This document shows, one piece after another, positions 41,365 through 54,100 of a stretch of DNA of 64,000 nt. The first letter of the stretch is position 1. Each line of letters begins with the position of its first letter. This DNA is from Spongospora subterranea f. sp. subterranea. Its lineage: Eukaryota. The notes beneath the pieces were generated by a model, which was given only the letters and a program-made list of their open reading frames with translations, made no database searches and was not told the origin of the DNA. Both the position numbers and the translations under genes were made by a program. The DNA is taken from contig JAUGWO010000124.1 in NCBI GenBank assembly GCA_049724395.1, positions 1 through 64,000 on the forward strand, read 5' to 3'.

Positions 41365-41598
41365 TTATCCTCCATTGCGTGATGACCTCTTTTCTGCTTT
41401 CTCCAAGCAGTTTTTCCAGTCTCTGATCGCATCTTTACATCTCGCCTCGCTATACTAACATCTATTGAATATCCTGAAACGGGAAACTTCACCGAAAGTT
41501 GTACCGACATTGTTTTTCTGTAAACATGCCTGAATAGCACAGGCGAATTTCCTACATTGATCCTCAGCAGTGTTGCTAGTCGATTGAGATTGCGACAT
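41365..41598 (-). CDS. CMC4: Twin CX9C protein CMC4/MTCP1-like, 59 aa, 2 exons
   Basis: Exons 41598-41509 and 41454-41365 give ...DQCRKFACAIQACLQKNN|YSEARCKDAIRDWKNCLEK... Confidence 0.8.
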
Positions 41599-41773
41599 GA
41601 TCTGGTAGCTGAACTCTCTGTAAAACTGTGACGGCGAAATGTCGCAAATCAGAATGACCGGACTTGGACTGGATTGATAGCAACACCCGACAAATCGGTT
41701 TCACTAGGACAAACAATCGACTGACCCCTGGTCTGGTTCTGTCAACCCATCTGCCTACCACTGAGAACATGCC

Positions 41774-41958
41774 ATAGCGCCGCTACCGTTCAGGATTATA
41801 GTCTACCAATGCGCAGCCCTATATAGTGTCTCCGGAGGCCGCTTGAATATTCAACCTCACAGTCATTAATAGCGCCGCTACCGTTCAGTATTATAGTCTA
41901 CCAATGTGCAGCCCTATAGTAATTGTCTCCGGAGGCCGCATATTCAATCTCACAATCA
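41774..41958. repeat. ~95-bp tandem duplication in a divergent intergenic region
   Basis: ATAGCGCCGCTACCGTTCAG...TCTCCGGAGGCCGC...CTCACA starts at 41774 and again at 41869. Confidence 0.9.
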
Positions 41959-42070
41959 AAATTTGTCATGGATTGTGGTCTGCAAATACGGCAACTCCAC
42001 CTATCGCATTGACTGAACCAATAGCTCAGTGATTGTGTGTGGCCTATCGCGTATTACTAAATTGATCATC

Positions 42071-43082
42071 ATGTCTAATGCATATACGTTGTTGGGGTTG
42101 GCGGTTGACGCGTCCGACCAGCAGATTCGAACAGCGTATCGACAAACCGCTCTTAAATTTCACCCCGACAAGTGCAAGGAGGATCCTAACGCCAATGAAC
42201 GATTCGCTGAGGTAGTCGCCGCTTTCGAGTTGCTCAAGGATGCGGTTCGACGTGGCGAACTGGATGCCAAATTGAAAGCAATGTCAGAAAGGCAGGAACG
42301 TCTGAAACGGCAATCCCTCGGTAAACAAATCATGATCGAGAAGCTGGAGAGACGTGAAAAGGAACATGAGGAGCGACAACGGCAACGAGATTCGGAAAGT
42401 ATCAGCAGAATCAATTAGGCAAAAAATCCAGTCAGAATTGATTCGTATTCGCCAAGAAATTATATCGGAAGAAGCTCGTAAAGTGCAACAAGCCTCAACC
42501 AAACCATCGGCTCCGGTAAACCTTTCAAATACTATATCAATCCGAATTAGTCGTAAAAGGAAGCCAGCACCCAACGATGATGAACTCAGGCAGCTGTTTT
42601 CAAGGTATGGACATGTGATAGATGTGGTTCAATCAAACAAGAGAAGGGCATTAATATCTTTTATTGAAGAAACCGGCGCGTTATCAGCGACGTCACAATC
42701 TGAACGCGATTTCCTTTCTGGAATGGGATTTACGGCATCGCTGTATGGAAGTGCAATGGACGCCAAAACTGATGCGGTTGAGGACAATGCTGGCCCCTGC
42801 TCGGAATCACAATACCCATCTGGCCCATATACCAGCCCACTCGCATCGTCAAATTATCCTTCATTGAATGACATGTCTTTTGACGACCTTGAAAAAGTCG
42901 TTATGGAAAGAATGCAACAGATGGCTGATAAACAAGCGTTGGTCAGGGGCAGCTCCTGTTATACTGGAATAAATATTAATATTATTACCTGTAAATCCAA
43001 TGTATGGGCTCATCGATCAATGTATAACTGCGTTTTATTCCGGTATGAGGGCAGCTTGGAGATTCTCCATTTTATCGTCTAG
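42071..43082 (+). CDS. J-domain + RRM protein DNAJC17/Cwc23-like
   Basis: J-domain with FHPDK, coiled coil, RRM-like LRQLFSRYGHV...ALISF; frameshift near 42395; 3' end uncertain. Confidence 0.75.
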
Positions 43083-43902
43083 ACTGCTGAGGATACTTAC
43101 ACAGAATTTATCATTTATGCGACCGTGCTCCAGCATAGTCGTTTACCATCGGCCATCTTTGCCTCGTCAGGACAAAAATATGAGGTGGGTTAAAATTGCG
43201 GCTTCGTCAAGAATTACAAAATTCACGAGAACATTGTTTTAGTACAATGTTGAGATCAGATAAACATCCTCCTCTGATAAATAATTCTGATAACCAGGAA
43301 CCGCTTATTTCGTTAAAAACATCCTCGACTCCTCCGGATATCGGATCCAAATTCATTAGTATTTCGATTGGCAGAATTTCCAATCGTCATAACGCTCTTT
43401 GGAACGAGACACTCCCGGAGCCACTCCTACATAAGTAGACGAACGATGAAAATCTCTTCTTGCCACCGACATTAATTAATGTAATCGCTCTTGTTAAGTC
43501 GGAAAAGGGCATGACGATGCGGAAAACAAACATTACAATTGTCCAAGTCTCTCATCAACGTTCCATTGTGCGGCACAGTCATAGGCAACATCACTCAGCC
43601 TTCATATCCTGAACTGATCATTAATATTATAGGTATGGTGATGGTGTAGCTCTGCTAGGGCAACAGTATTTCAAACGCGCTGTAGTAGTGTGTAATTTCC
43701 TTCAGGCAACCTTTTCTTTCAACTCATACACAACTTGACGAAACCATGAATGAATTACTTTCATATACCTTAAATCTACAAGATGGTTGACCTGAGATTC
43801 AGATGTGTTATACCGTTCATCATGTATCCAACTCTGGAATCGTACAATGGCTTTAACAACCTCAAATGTCTATTTTATTGTAGTTTGTTGCCTATCAACC
43901 GG

Positions 43903-44721
43903 TTACATTTCTTCCGATATTAACGGTTCCTTAAGAATAGTGCCAGGACAGAATTTGATTATATAATGGCTGAGACTATATCCAACAGGCTCTGGTTTCG
44001 CTGTTCTGCACCTGAAAACAGACGATGCATCATCATACGCGTAGCTGTACGCCATTGGGCACGCTTTCTTGAAGATTTCCGAATAGGGAAACGGCTTACA
44101 TGTAGCTACGTTGCCAAACGCTCCTCTACAACAAAACTGATCTGTGTCGAAGATATTGCATGCACTATTACAAGCAACAACTTTCCCCAGCTTGTTCGTT
44201 TTAGCTAATTCTTTAGGGCAATGCATATTAAGATCGTAATTGCATCCTGCTCTTCCACACGAATTCGATGTTTGTTGATTGTTTGCCTGAGGCATAGGTT
44301 CCATTGACATAGGAAGGTTGTAGCCATCTACCAGACTGATGTCGTAGAAGTCAAGATTGTTGACTGATCTGTCGCCGAATGTAATCTCAGCTAGCGTAGC
44401 AGGAGGGTCGCCTCCTCGGCCAGAGCAGTGTAGATCGCCACAATCCCCACTATCACATGATCTTCCGAGCTGATCACATCCTGTCCGGCCCCATATTCGA
44501 CCACTCCATGATTGCGGCACAAACACCTTCTTCTGATGATTTGATATCAACAAGAAACCTCCATCTTCTGGTACTTTTGGGCCTCCTAGAATTCCCACCC
44601 AGATATCCTCGCTGCATCGGTTCTCTATTCTTATGATATGCCCTGAGGCTGCACTGTGTCCTTCATGGAAAAGGGTTACGAACAATATAGCGATTACCGC
44701 CTTTGCCTGAGCATAGACCAT
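43903..44721 (-). CDS. Secreted thaumatin-like protein (PR-5 family)
   Basis: Hydrophobic signal peptide, GRIWGRTGC, TLAE, DFYDISLVDGYNLP, CPMAYSYAYDD and 16 Cys; intronless. Confidence 0.95.
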   Translation of the reverse strand: MVYAQAKAVIAILFVTLFHEGHSAASGHIIRIENRCSEDIWVGILGGPKVPEDGGFLLISNHQKKVFVPQSWSGRIWGRTGCDQLGRSCDSGDCGDLHCSGRGGDPPATLAEITFGDRSVNNLDFYDISLVDGYNLPMSMEPMPQANNQQTSNSCGRAGCNYDLNMHCPKELAKTNKLGKVVACNSACNIFDTDQFCCRGAFGNVATCKPFPYSEIFKKACPMAYSYAYDDASSVFRCRTAKPEPVGYSLSHYIIKFCPGTILKEPLISEEM

Positions 44722-44751
44722 TATCCGCAGCGAATATCCTCAGGAACAGAC

Positions 44752-44850
44752 GATTCTGATAAAGAGCGTCGTTAGACAATGATTCTGATGAAGAGCGTCT
44801 TAGACAATGAATGTGATAAAGATCGTCGTTAGAGAGTGCAATATGATGAA
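44752..44850. repeat. ~29-bp minisatellite immediately upstream of the thaumatin gene
   Basis: GATTCTGATAAAGAGCGTCGTTAGACAAT-like unit, about 3.5 copies. Confidence 0.8.
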
Positions 44851-44955
44851 AGTGTTCTGAGAGGAGTGAGGAGTGAGGACACGAGTCAATTAATGAGGTG
44901 ATGTGGGGGGTTCAGGGGGTCCCGTACTCACAGAGTATCATAGAGTGCATGGCCA

Positions 44956-45001
44956 GTGTGTGTGTGTGTGTGAGACTGTGTGTGTGTGTGACTGTGTGTG
45001 T
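44956..45001. repeat. Interrupted (TG)n microsatellite
   Basis: GT runs broken by GAGAC and GAC. Confidence 0.9.
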
Positions 45002-45875
45002 AACCTCCTGTTGCCCATTCATCTCTACACCTGTACAAGAGGAGTACTCTCACCCCTTATCTCAATTACCAAACAAGCCAGATTAATATGCTGCATCCTT
45101 CGATATTTGTTTTGAAAGACCATCAGTCAACCAATTAGCATTGTTCCTCTTTAGCTGTCTCTTCTGATTATCGACGAATGAAGCATCTGGCAGGTGTGGA
45201 CGGTTGTCAATCACTGCGTAAGCGTTTTAAGGGACCATACTCAAGACTGTTTTTGGGAAGCATCAGGTGAACCGGTAGCAAAAGAAACAAGTCAAAAGTT
45301 TAACGAATTTACTTAATCCCTTCTTTCGGGGTAAACAAAAAGGTTGTCTAGTAACGACAACATCAAATTTAGTTCTTGCAGAATCATTCTTCCGATTTAG
45401 TCGCACTCCGTTTCCAGTCCTTGACTTTCCAATTTTGTAAATTTCTGATTTTCCCGAATCATTTCGGCGCTGTCACATTCAACATAAATACGTTTGGGCA
45501 TATTTTACACGTGAATTTTTCAAAGACGAGACGGATATACTCAAATTTCCTTTTCTTGAAAACCCCTATAATGAGTGTCCGTCCGCCTCTATTTGAAAAA
45601 ATTACTCCCTACGTCGAAATCCATTGATTGGACTGTCCCAGAGTTGCATATTTGAGTGACTGAGTGATTGTGGGGCATTTTTCAGAGAGATTTCGGTAGC
45701 GCCAACTTCATAGATTCACATTCAGATAGCATCCAGTCATTTACTGACACTATGGCATGTTTTCATCAAATTGGTTGTCGTTATCATGGGAAAACCCAAA
45801 CGTTTGTTACCCTGTATGTAAGAAGGAATAATGTGATATCGTTAAACGTTTACAAAATGACTCTAAAAAATGGTG

Positions 45876-47844
45876 CTATTTATTCTTGGCAATTTCACTG
45901 TCCAATTTATCATCCGTCTCCATAAAGACTTTTCCAGCTAACGGCAGCAACTTGGGCTTGTCAACAAAACAACGACCATCACGCAGAGCAAGACCCAGTG
46001 ATATTAGTGGACAAACGACAAGAGCTACTGCAGTTAGGCTTGACATTGACGGGCGCAATGGCGATGGTAAACAAAGAGTGGCCATTAGCGTCGTGATTAA
46101 CAGGAAAAACGATCGAGTCACGACGAAGTTGAACAGCGATGGAAGTCCATCTGAATATCGGCCAGTAGCGTAGGGTAATGATCTAGGAGATCGAGTCCCA
46201 TTCAACTTATACTTTCCCAAGAACAGGTCGAGCGAATCCTGACGATGGCCGTCATGAAAGTTGTTCAAATAGAAGCGCATGATGGAATTCTTCCCATCTT
46301 GAATAGCACCAATCAAGGATCGCTTGCCGGTCCTTGTGAAATCTGTCTTGAGAGCATTCGTACCCGAATATTGAACGCTCATAACATTGGCATTGTCAGC
46401 CCAAACATTTCGGAACACGGTGGTGATTTGGGGATATTGATCCACATTATCGATAGCACATATCTTGGCCCGATTCAACTGCCATAAAAGAGCATGGCTG
46501 GCGAAAACACTTTGCACCACATTTGTTCGGTCGAGACAATCCATACAATTGGTCCTGAAGCACCCATCTTGCCTCAGATGGACCAACCATGAAGAATCAG
46601 CTTTTAAGGTCCCGTGAAAAAACGATGAATCTTGAAGGTGACGCTGCACTTGTTTGACCAGAAGCTCAATATTTTCATATTTCATGTTTTTGCATTTGTG
46701 GTGGAAGTCAAAGGCAATTAAGCTGTACGGTTGAGGCGAATCGGGATTGAAGATTGGTATTGCATCAGACAATGCATTCGATATTGCCAACTCTTTTCCT
46801 GTCTGGTTGACAAGACTCACTATCACCGTTGATCCATATTGCTGAACATGACGGGACATATGCTTTTCAAGCAATGATGTTGATTCCGGCCCTATCTGGA
46901 TCTGAACAGGAGGAGCCCACTTTAAACAAGCCAATTGGCTCCACAGCAAAGGAATCGATCCACGGGTCTGGACGAAGGAGCACAGTTCGTGAGATCCATC
47001 AGGCTGAGCAACGCAGACGATTTGCTCTTGTTCGGCGAAGTTAACTGCATCACCATTATGATCCAAACCGCGACGAGTGAACCGAGTGCCAGCATTTCGA
47101 CATGATCGACGAGAGAACAGAGCATATTGAAAATCGACGTTCTGAACCCTGATTTGAGTACAGGAAAAGAAACCACTAACAAGAACAAGGAGACAGGGTG
47201 AGGAGAAGAATGAAGAATAATCGGCTAAGAGATGATGGTTCCAGAAAAAAGACTGCTCGGCGTTGTCGATGAGGTTGGAATTAGGTGGAAGATCACTGAT
47301 CCTCTGCAACGAGTGCGTTAGATCTAGGGTATAGGAGAAATGGAAAGATGATGATGATAACGTCTTTTTCATCATATCCAGATACACGGTTTCTTCGGCC
47401 AGAGAAGTTTCTACATAAAAACAATTGAAGGTATAAGAGATTGAAGCAATTCACGGTATGCTGCATTACTGTCTGGAAAGGTGCTCTCGATTGGTTTTGA
47501 CGAAAACGGAATAATTTCGGTGGAAATTACTCTATATACTGCCTTTCCCGCAAGATTGGAGACAATTTCCGCATCAGATACATGCACAAGATATCGGCCA
47601 TGAAGAAGCCTAAGTAAAAATTGAGAATTAACAAATTATAATAAAGGGTGAGCAGTTGCACTAACTCGATTACACCAACAATTCCGAAGGTGTGGTGCGA
47701 AACCGCTGGCATTACTTCATCCGGTTTCAAGCGGTTAACAGTAACTTCACCTCCGACGACCTGTCGTTTAAGCGACACATGTGGGCCAGCATCATTGTCC
47801 TCTCGCTCAACAACGAATCGATCAGGGAAAATGAAAAGCCGCAT
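45876..47844 (-). CDS. SAC1: SAC1 phosphoinositide phosphatase
   Basis: FSYTLDLT, FFWN, RGSIPLLWSQ, catalytic RTNCMDCLDRTN, LKTDFTRTGKR and two C-terminal TM segments; 5' exons from 47844. Confidence 0.95.
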
Positions 47845-49854
47845 CGGCTACAAAACAAGAAACGGGCTGCTGATGGTTGTTCGGTTGACACGATGGCCAA
47901 ACACGATGGCCAAGCTCAACGGCACCTGACTGGCAATGCATCTTATCTGACTGCGTCTGTAACATACTTACATACAGTACAAGTCGCCATTGGAGGTCGC
48001 GGTAAAAAGCTCTACAGTGCAGTACAGTACACTATACTGACTCCATAGGAACACCTACAGTACTGAGTTCGAAACCCAGTGAAACTGATTTGTTCACCAA
48101 AAACCGACTCCTGAACGAAAAAAGGGGAAAAAAGGCGAAAAAGTACACAAACAAAAAAAAAAATACTCCAAACGCACCGCACATAGTTGTAAAGCTACTG
48201 ATAATCTGCTTCACGATCTTAGGCTCCATCTTCCTCGGGAAGAGTAAACACTGCTGGATTATCGTCCTGACAGTACTGGACAATGGACAATGATTCAGGT
48301 CCGGCCGGAGACTAGATCTGTGAGTGGCACTCTCCTACTGGGAAGGGACCGGTCGTTCGCCGCGAAAAGGTCGCTCCGATCGTATTATTGGACACCATCC
48401 TGAGAAACACGGTGACGTCAATCCCACCTGAGAAGGACATCACAAACGCAAATCACCGTCAAATCCTGATCGCCGGCACAATCTCAGAGTGTTCGTAGAA
48501 TCCTCTTGTTCGCCCAAGTTGATATTGTGAGATGGGGACTCCAGCAAGTCCCGTGTCGTCAAACCTTCAACAAATTTGCCTGCATTCACTCATCCTCAGA
48601 TATATTCAATAAGGCATTTTCTTATCACCGCTTTGTTGATGACCTAGTGCTTTCTTCGTCGATATTCCGAAATCCTCGAGCCTGCGATTCAGATTCCACA
48701 CACCAAACGCAAACGTATAATGGGTTGATTGGCCGACCCGTTGGAGATGCAGGCGGTTTTAGAGCAAGTTCTATGAGTAATGAGCTTACCTCTCCCTGGC
48801 CATATCTCACCGTTAAATGCTCGCACATCCACGCCAGGCAACGTCTGCAGTCTTCGAAATGTTGGTTCCAGCGTATTAAGCGACATACGTCACGATTGGA
48901 GAAGGCGCCCGGAACTGCTCAAACAATGGAAAACGGAAAATATGGCAAGTTTTATATGGGCGGCTGTTAAGGAGGTCGGTAGGATATACCTGTGCTGGAT
49001 AAGATCGTGTAGATCACCGAGTTGAACACCACTAGAGTTTGTCCACACAACAATGTGAACGCCACAGCCACAAGAGTGTGTCTCAAGTGCAACTGAATGT
49101 TATCCCACGACCCCAGGACGCCAAACGATCGGTAATCCAGCTCTGCTTTTGTAACTACCAGTGCATTTGTAGTTCAATTCGGGGCGTGATTTGTGGAAGA
49201 GGTCAAGATTGGGTTGATACAGGTTCTAGATGTGCAGCGGTGCTGATCATATGGGCGAGAGATCTGAGTTATAGCGTTGACAACGTTCACATCTGTAAAA
49301 AGAGAACCAATGGCCCCGTTCAATTGACGGCGACCCGATGAGAAGGGGGAGGAATCTGGAGTGGCGGTCGCAGTGCTTGTCGCCATTGGGTTCCCCTGGT
49401 CGCACGACGCTCATCGACCATATCTGCACTGATCGCATTCTCTCCAGGAACAACCCCTCTGCACACATTATATCAACCAGTGCTCAATAATCGTAAACAA
49501 TGTGGTGTTGGGACAGGCACAAAACAATGGTGTGGGTGAGGAGGTTGACCATGGGCCGACCTGGTTGAGCTGGTGATCAGGTCGTCTTATACGGCCACAT
49601 CCCCCAATATTGGTCATCGTTCACGACTGATTATAAGGTTATCAGACCGTCCTTGATTACGGTCGTGTTATCACGTCACTATCGACTGCGACTCTCTCTC
49701 GTTCACCAAACGGATTTTGCACAAATGAAAACAATATCCGAATTCGGGTGTTCCTGTTGTATCAATAAAACGTGATTGTATTAGGTCCTCCTTGGCCGGT
49801 CCTGTGGGAGTACTTTTTTTAATGATCATCTCCCTCGTCCCGATTATCTTTATC

Positions 49855-50894
49855 TTATGGGGACACCACTTTCACCAATGATGAACGACCTGACGGTTTC
49901 GTTGGTTTATCATTTGTGGTATGTTCCCACGATGGCGTCTTATCGCTCTTGGACGAATATCGCTCACGAACCCGAATATGGATAGCGATGGCCAAAACCA
50001 ACGATAGAATCTGAACATTAAACGCGATTCGGCTCAGATGATCGACAAAACCCCATTAAAAGATGATGACCAGTCAGAGACCTTACTGAATATCTCAATA
50101 CCCTGAAGGAGCAATGCCATCGCGACGGTATTGGCTTGAGCTAACGCCACCAACGACGCGAAGAACTCCCACGAATAGGTAAATACGACCAACCACAGGA
50201 TTCGGATTCGCTTTCTGTCCGATTCGGAACTGGCTCTCCAGTATATGGAGACCGTATAGAACCCGAATATTAACATATAACACTTAATACCATATACGGG
50301 AACCATAACCGTATAGGTTTTCAGACTGGGAATTAGCGATTAGGAACGAGTGCTTGGGCGATCGATCAATCGGAACGGGGGAAGGAACGCACCCGATGAT
50401 GACGGCACAGCCGTATTGGGCGGGAGGGATCCGGTTGAACAGACATAGAGCGATGAAGTTGTGATAGGCCATGAGGCAGTTCATGGCGACCATCATGTGG
50501 AACAGCCGCCCGTACAGCTTCTTGCTCGATTGGTAGAATATCGCCGTTCGGTAATGGAACAGGTTGAACTCGCACGTCTGGTGTGGGATGACACAGGGGA
50601 TGAGATGACGATGGGAGATGGGGGTCGGTGATCGCTTACGAAATAACACGTCTCGAGTAGGTGCAATGCACATAGTTCAGGGATCCAGATTGTGAATAGG
50701 CGAACGACTAAGGTGATGAAGGCGAATGTCACATTGATCGCCGATACGTTATAGCCGAATTTGCATTTCGGGACGTGAGAATAGTTGAAGATGACGTAGA
50801 TGGCGATGATGAAAACGGCGATGGAGCTTTGAATGGTCCCCCACCAATATACCCAATCGCTGGCGTAAAGGAACCCATCGTCTTCGGGTGTCAT
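49855..50894 (-). CDS. Multi-pass (7TM-like) membrane protein, 4 exons
   Basis: Spliced ORF segments give successive hydrophobic helices and a basic, Ser-rich C-tail. Confidence 0.6.
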
Positions 50895-51165
50895 TATTCA
50901 GGAAACCAATATCGTGTCTGATGATCCAGTGGGACTGGTTCATCTGATCCATCGCATCACCTGGGTGTACTAGTTCAAGAAAACGGGGGGGAAATGGAGG
51001 GGTTCACTTCCATCGGGTACTCAACCCTCGATCGCCGGATCGATATTGACCAGCGCCATTCGACCGGGGGGGGGGAAAAGACGATCACGTGTTCCATCTG
51101 GTCTGGTCGATCTCGGGATCAAGAGCGAACGCGGATTTATTACGATGATATCGGTGAGCGCGATC

Positions 51166-54100
51166 TCAATGTCTCATGAACAGCCACTCCATCAGGGTCT
51201 GGAGCTTCTCCTTACTGGGATAGGTGTCGTGATTGAGTCGGGTTGTGATCTGGCCCATTAACACACTTGTACCATTTGGCGATTGCCGGATCAGGTTATC
51301 GATCTCGTGCGGACGATTCCCCGACCCGATCACACGGATCGTATCGATCGCCGTCGACCGAACGATCGGGTCGTCGTCGTCCCAGAGGGCGATGATCTGG
51401 TGCAGACAGGAATCCCTCAATGGACCTGATTGCGATGGGGTCTGTCACAAGATCATCATCAGCCGTTATTCGCCATCGAGGCGACGACGCCAACCGACCA
51501 ATGGCAGTAATAAACCCATAACAGAGCAGAGATCCGCCTTCCGCCGCCTCAGAACATATCGCCCATCGTCATCACAGATCGTCTGTCGTATATTGGACAC
51601 GATCCGATCATAGAACAGGGGAATATCGCCATCGTGATCATCGTGTCGCGCCCTGATCACCTGTTGAACACTATCGCGACCCGCTTTCCTCACCCCTTCG
51701 TGATCATCGCTCAGCGATCCGATCAGGAACTCGATCCCGTTCCCGATCGTGGCCGATTTCCCCTGAACCACTCCCCGGCGATCAGATCCAATACGACCAA
51801 CGATGACGACCCCCTTCACCTCCTTCATCTGTATCGCCGAATACAATCGCCCCATTCCCTTGATGATCTCAATCGCGATCGTGACCATCGCCGTCAACAC
51901 CCGATTATTCCTGTCGATCTCCCCCTGTTGTGTCTGCGTGTTCTGGATCATCTCCGATCGCTTGACCGGATCGGTATTGGCGATCATGATCTGTTGGCTG
52001 TAGAGCTGAATCCGATCGATATCGTCCTGGGTTGAGGCGATTGTCGATATGAATCCGGACGACGCCAACAGCTGATGATCGAGGGCGTTGATCATGACGA
52101 CCCTGATCTGATCGGCTCTGGCCCTGATCCTATCCGACAATGAGTGTAATCGTGTCAGATATGATCGGTCGATATCGGTGATGGATGTGATGAGATTGAC
52201 CAACACCCCCATCGTGTGGATCTTGGACTTGACGTCGTTCCTGAGACCCGATCCTGATCCGTAATCGATATCCCGTTCCATTGTCGACACCAGTCATTAT
52301 CGATCAGTCCATCTGTGGGATGGTGATTCAGACAGAGGGAGGTGGTGATCACGACACAACACGCACGAGCTGTGTCGCCATTGGATTCAACGGTCGCCGT
52401 CAACATGGTCTGGAGTTGATCGACCGACATGTTGTTGATAACGGATTCCCCGAATGTGGTGGCGATATCGACAGTGCCACGATCTTTAGGAATATCGTCC
52501 CGAATCGTATTAACGGCGGTGGATATCGATCTTCTCGTCGATTCCCGTCGTAATCGTGCCCTTGATCCGCTAGCGGCCATTGCTGATGAATTAGGTGATG
52601 AAGGGCGTCGGTTAAACCCTTGATTGGCGCCTGGTTCGGGTGGTGATATCTGTGGTCGGGGACGATCAGGGGTTGATCGAGAGAGGGGGCGACTCCCTAA
52701 CCTTTGGTGATTGAGACGATGACGGCAATGGATCAGGCGATAATGTCGAACGGCGTTGGTACGAGGGTCTCCCTGATGGTGGTGCTGATGGGGATATGAT
52801 ATCGTGAAGAACCCCCTGGTCGATATCGCCATGATCACGAGCTGGCGGTGATGGTGATGATGGCGATAACGGTGTCAACCCTGGCTGGGTTCCTCCCTCG
52901 GGCGACACCACTCCCCCCGACAATGGCGATACCGTGTCCAGATCGTGATGATCTGACGGCGGTTGATCAGCTCCTCCTCCAGCTCCTCCTCCTCCCGCGA
53001 CACCATATTCCGCTTTATCGCCATCGTCCACCACCTTCTCCTCATTATAAATCAGATTACTGTGATATCGGGCCGCTATTGAGCTATATCGTTCGGACGA
53101 GAGATACGCCACGTTCAATGGATCGTCCTTAATCCCTAACGACGACCGTTTACCCCCGTCATCATCCTCATCATCGTTCTCTTTGTCATCATATCCCCCA
53201 TTGACCATATCGCTATCGTCATCTCCTCCCGATCCCGACACCGAATAGTCATTCGATCTGAGATACGACGTCCTCATCCTGAACGCCATCGACGCCTTCA
53301 ACCGCCGTTTCGCATTAGCAATGCTCATCTTGTTATCGTCATTGGTCAAATCCCCATTCCGCCGATGTTGTTGCTCTAGAACCGGTGTCAATCGCGTCTC
53401 TTCAGATCGATCCCCAACGACCCATCCAATATCTGCCACAATCGATCAGCGATTAACGGTGACGGTGACGCCCTATTCCCTCATCACCATTCTCATCGCC
53501 CTTCTCCTTATACTCATATCGGTATCGGCCAATAATCCAACAACTTCCCCTAATAATTCCTGGGGATCTTCATAGGTTTCAGAGAGAATCCCCAATATCG
53601 TTAACGATCGTTGCTGATCGATGACGTTGGCGCCTCTCTGAACCTCAGCGAGTTTAGCGAATACCAGTTGAACTGATGGGTGATCGCGATCCAATGGGGT
53701 CAATAACGGCTTGATCGCCACGATCAGCTGATCGTGCAGATCGGGATCGGTGATCAGGTCGAGGAGATCGAGAAGGCGTTGAATGAGGGAGGACGGGTCG
53801 TCCGATACTGACGATAGGATGATGAAGAGATCAAGGGCCAATCGGCGGGTCGATCGGGGCGAGTCCTGGTGGGGATCAGCGATGACGATAAGAGGGGGAG
53901 AAGGCGATGGCCGTACAGGGGATTGGAGAACGGGACGTAATGACGTGATCATGATCGTGGCCTGAGATGGACTGATCATCGCCGATAGATCGTGGTCGGG
54001 AGATGGGGGACACAGGGTCGAGTGGAGAGCGTGAATGGCGCCATCGTGATGGGGACGATCATGACTGGCGATATCGGGGGAGGTTAATATATGGACCCGA

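Noticed and set aside
44890..45130. Solo LTR (TGATG...CATCA) around the TG microsatellite
   Set aside because: No target-site duplication matches those ends.
48030..49030. LTR end plus degenerate gag
   Set aside because: CCTGACA and weak gag-like words only; too decayed to support.
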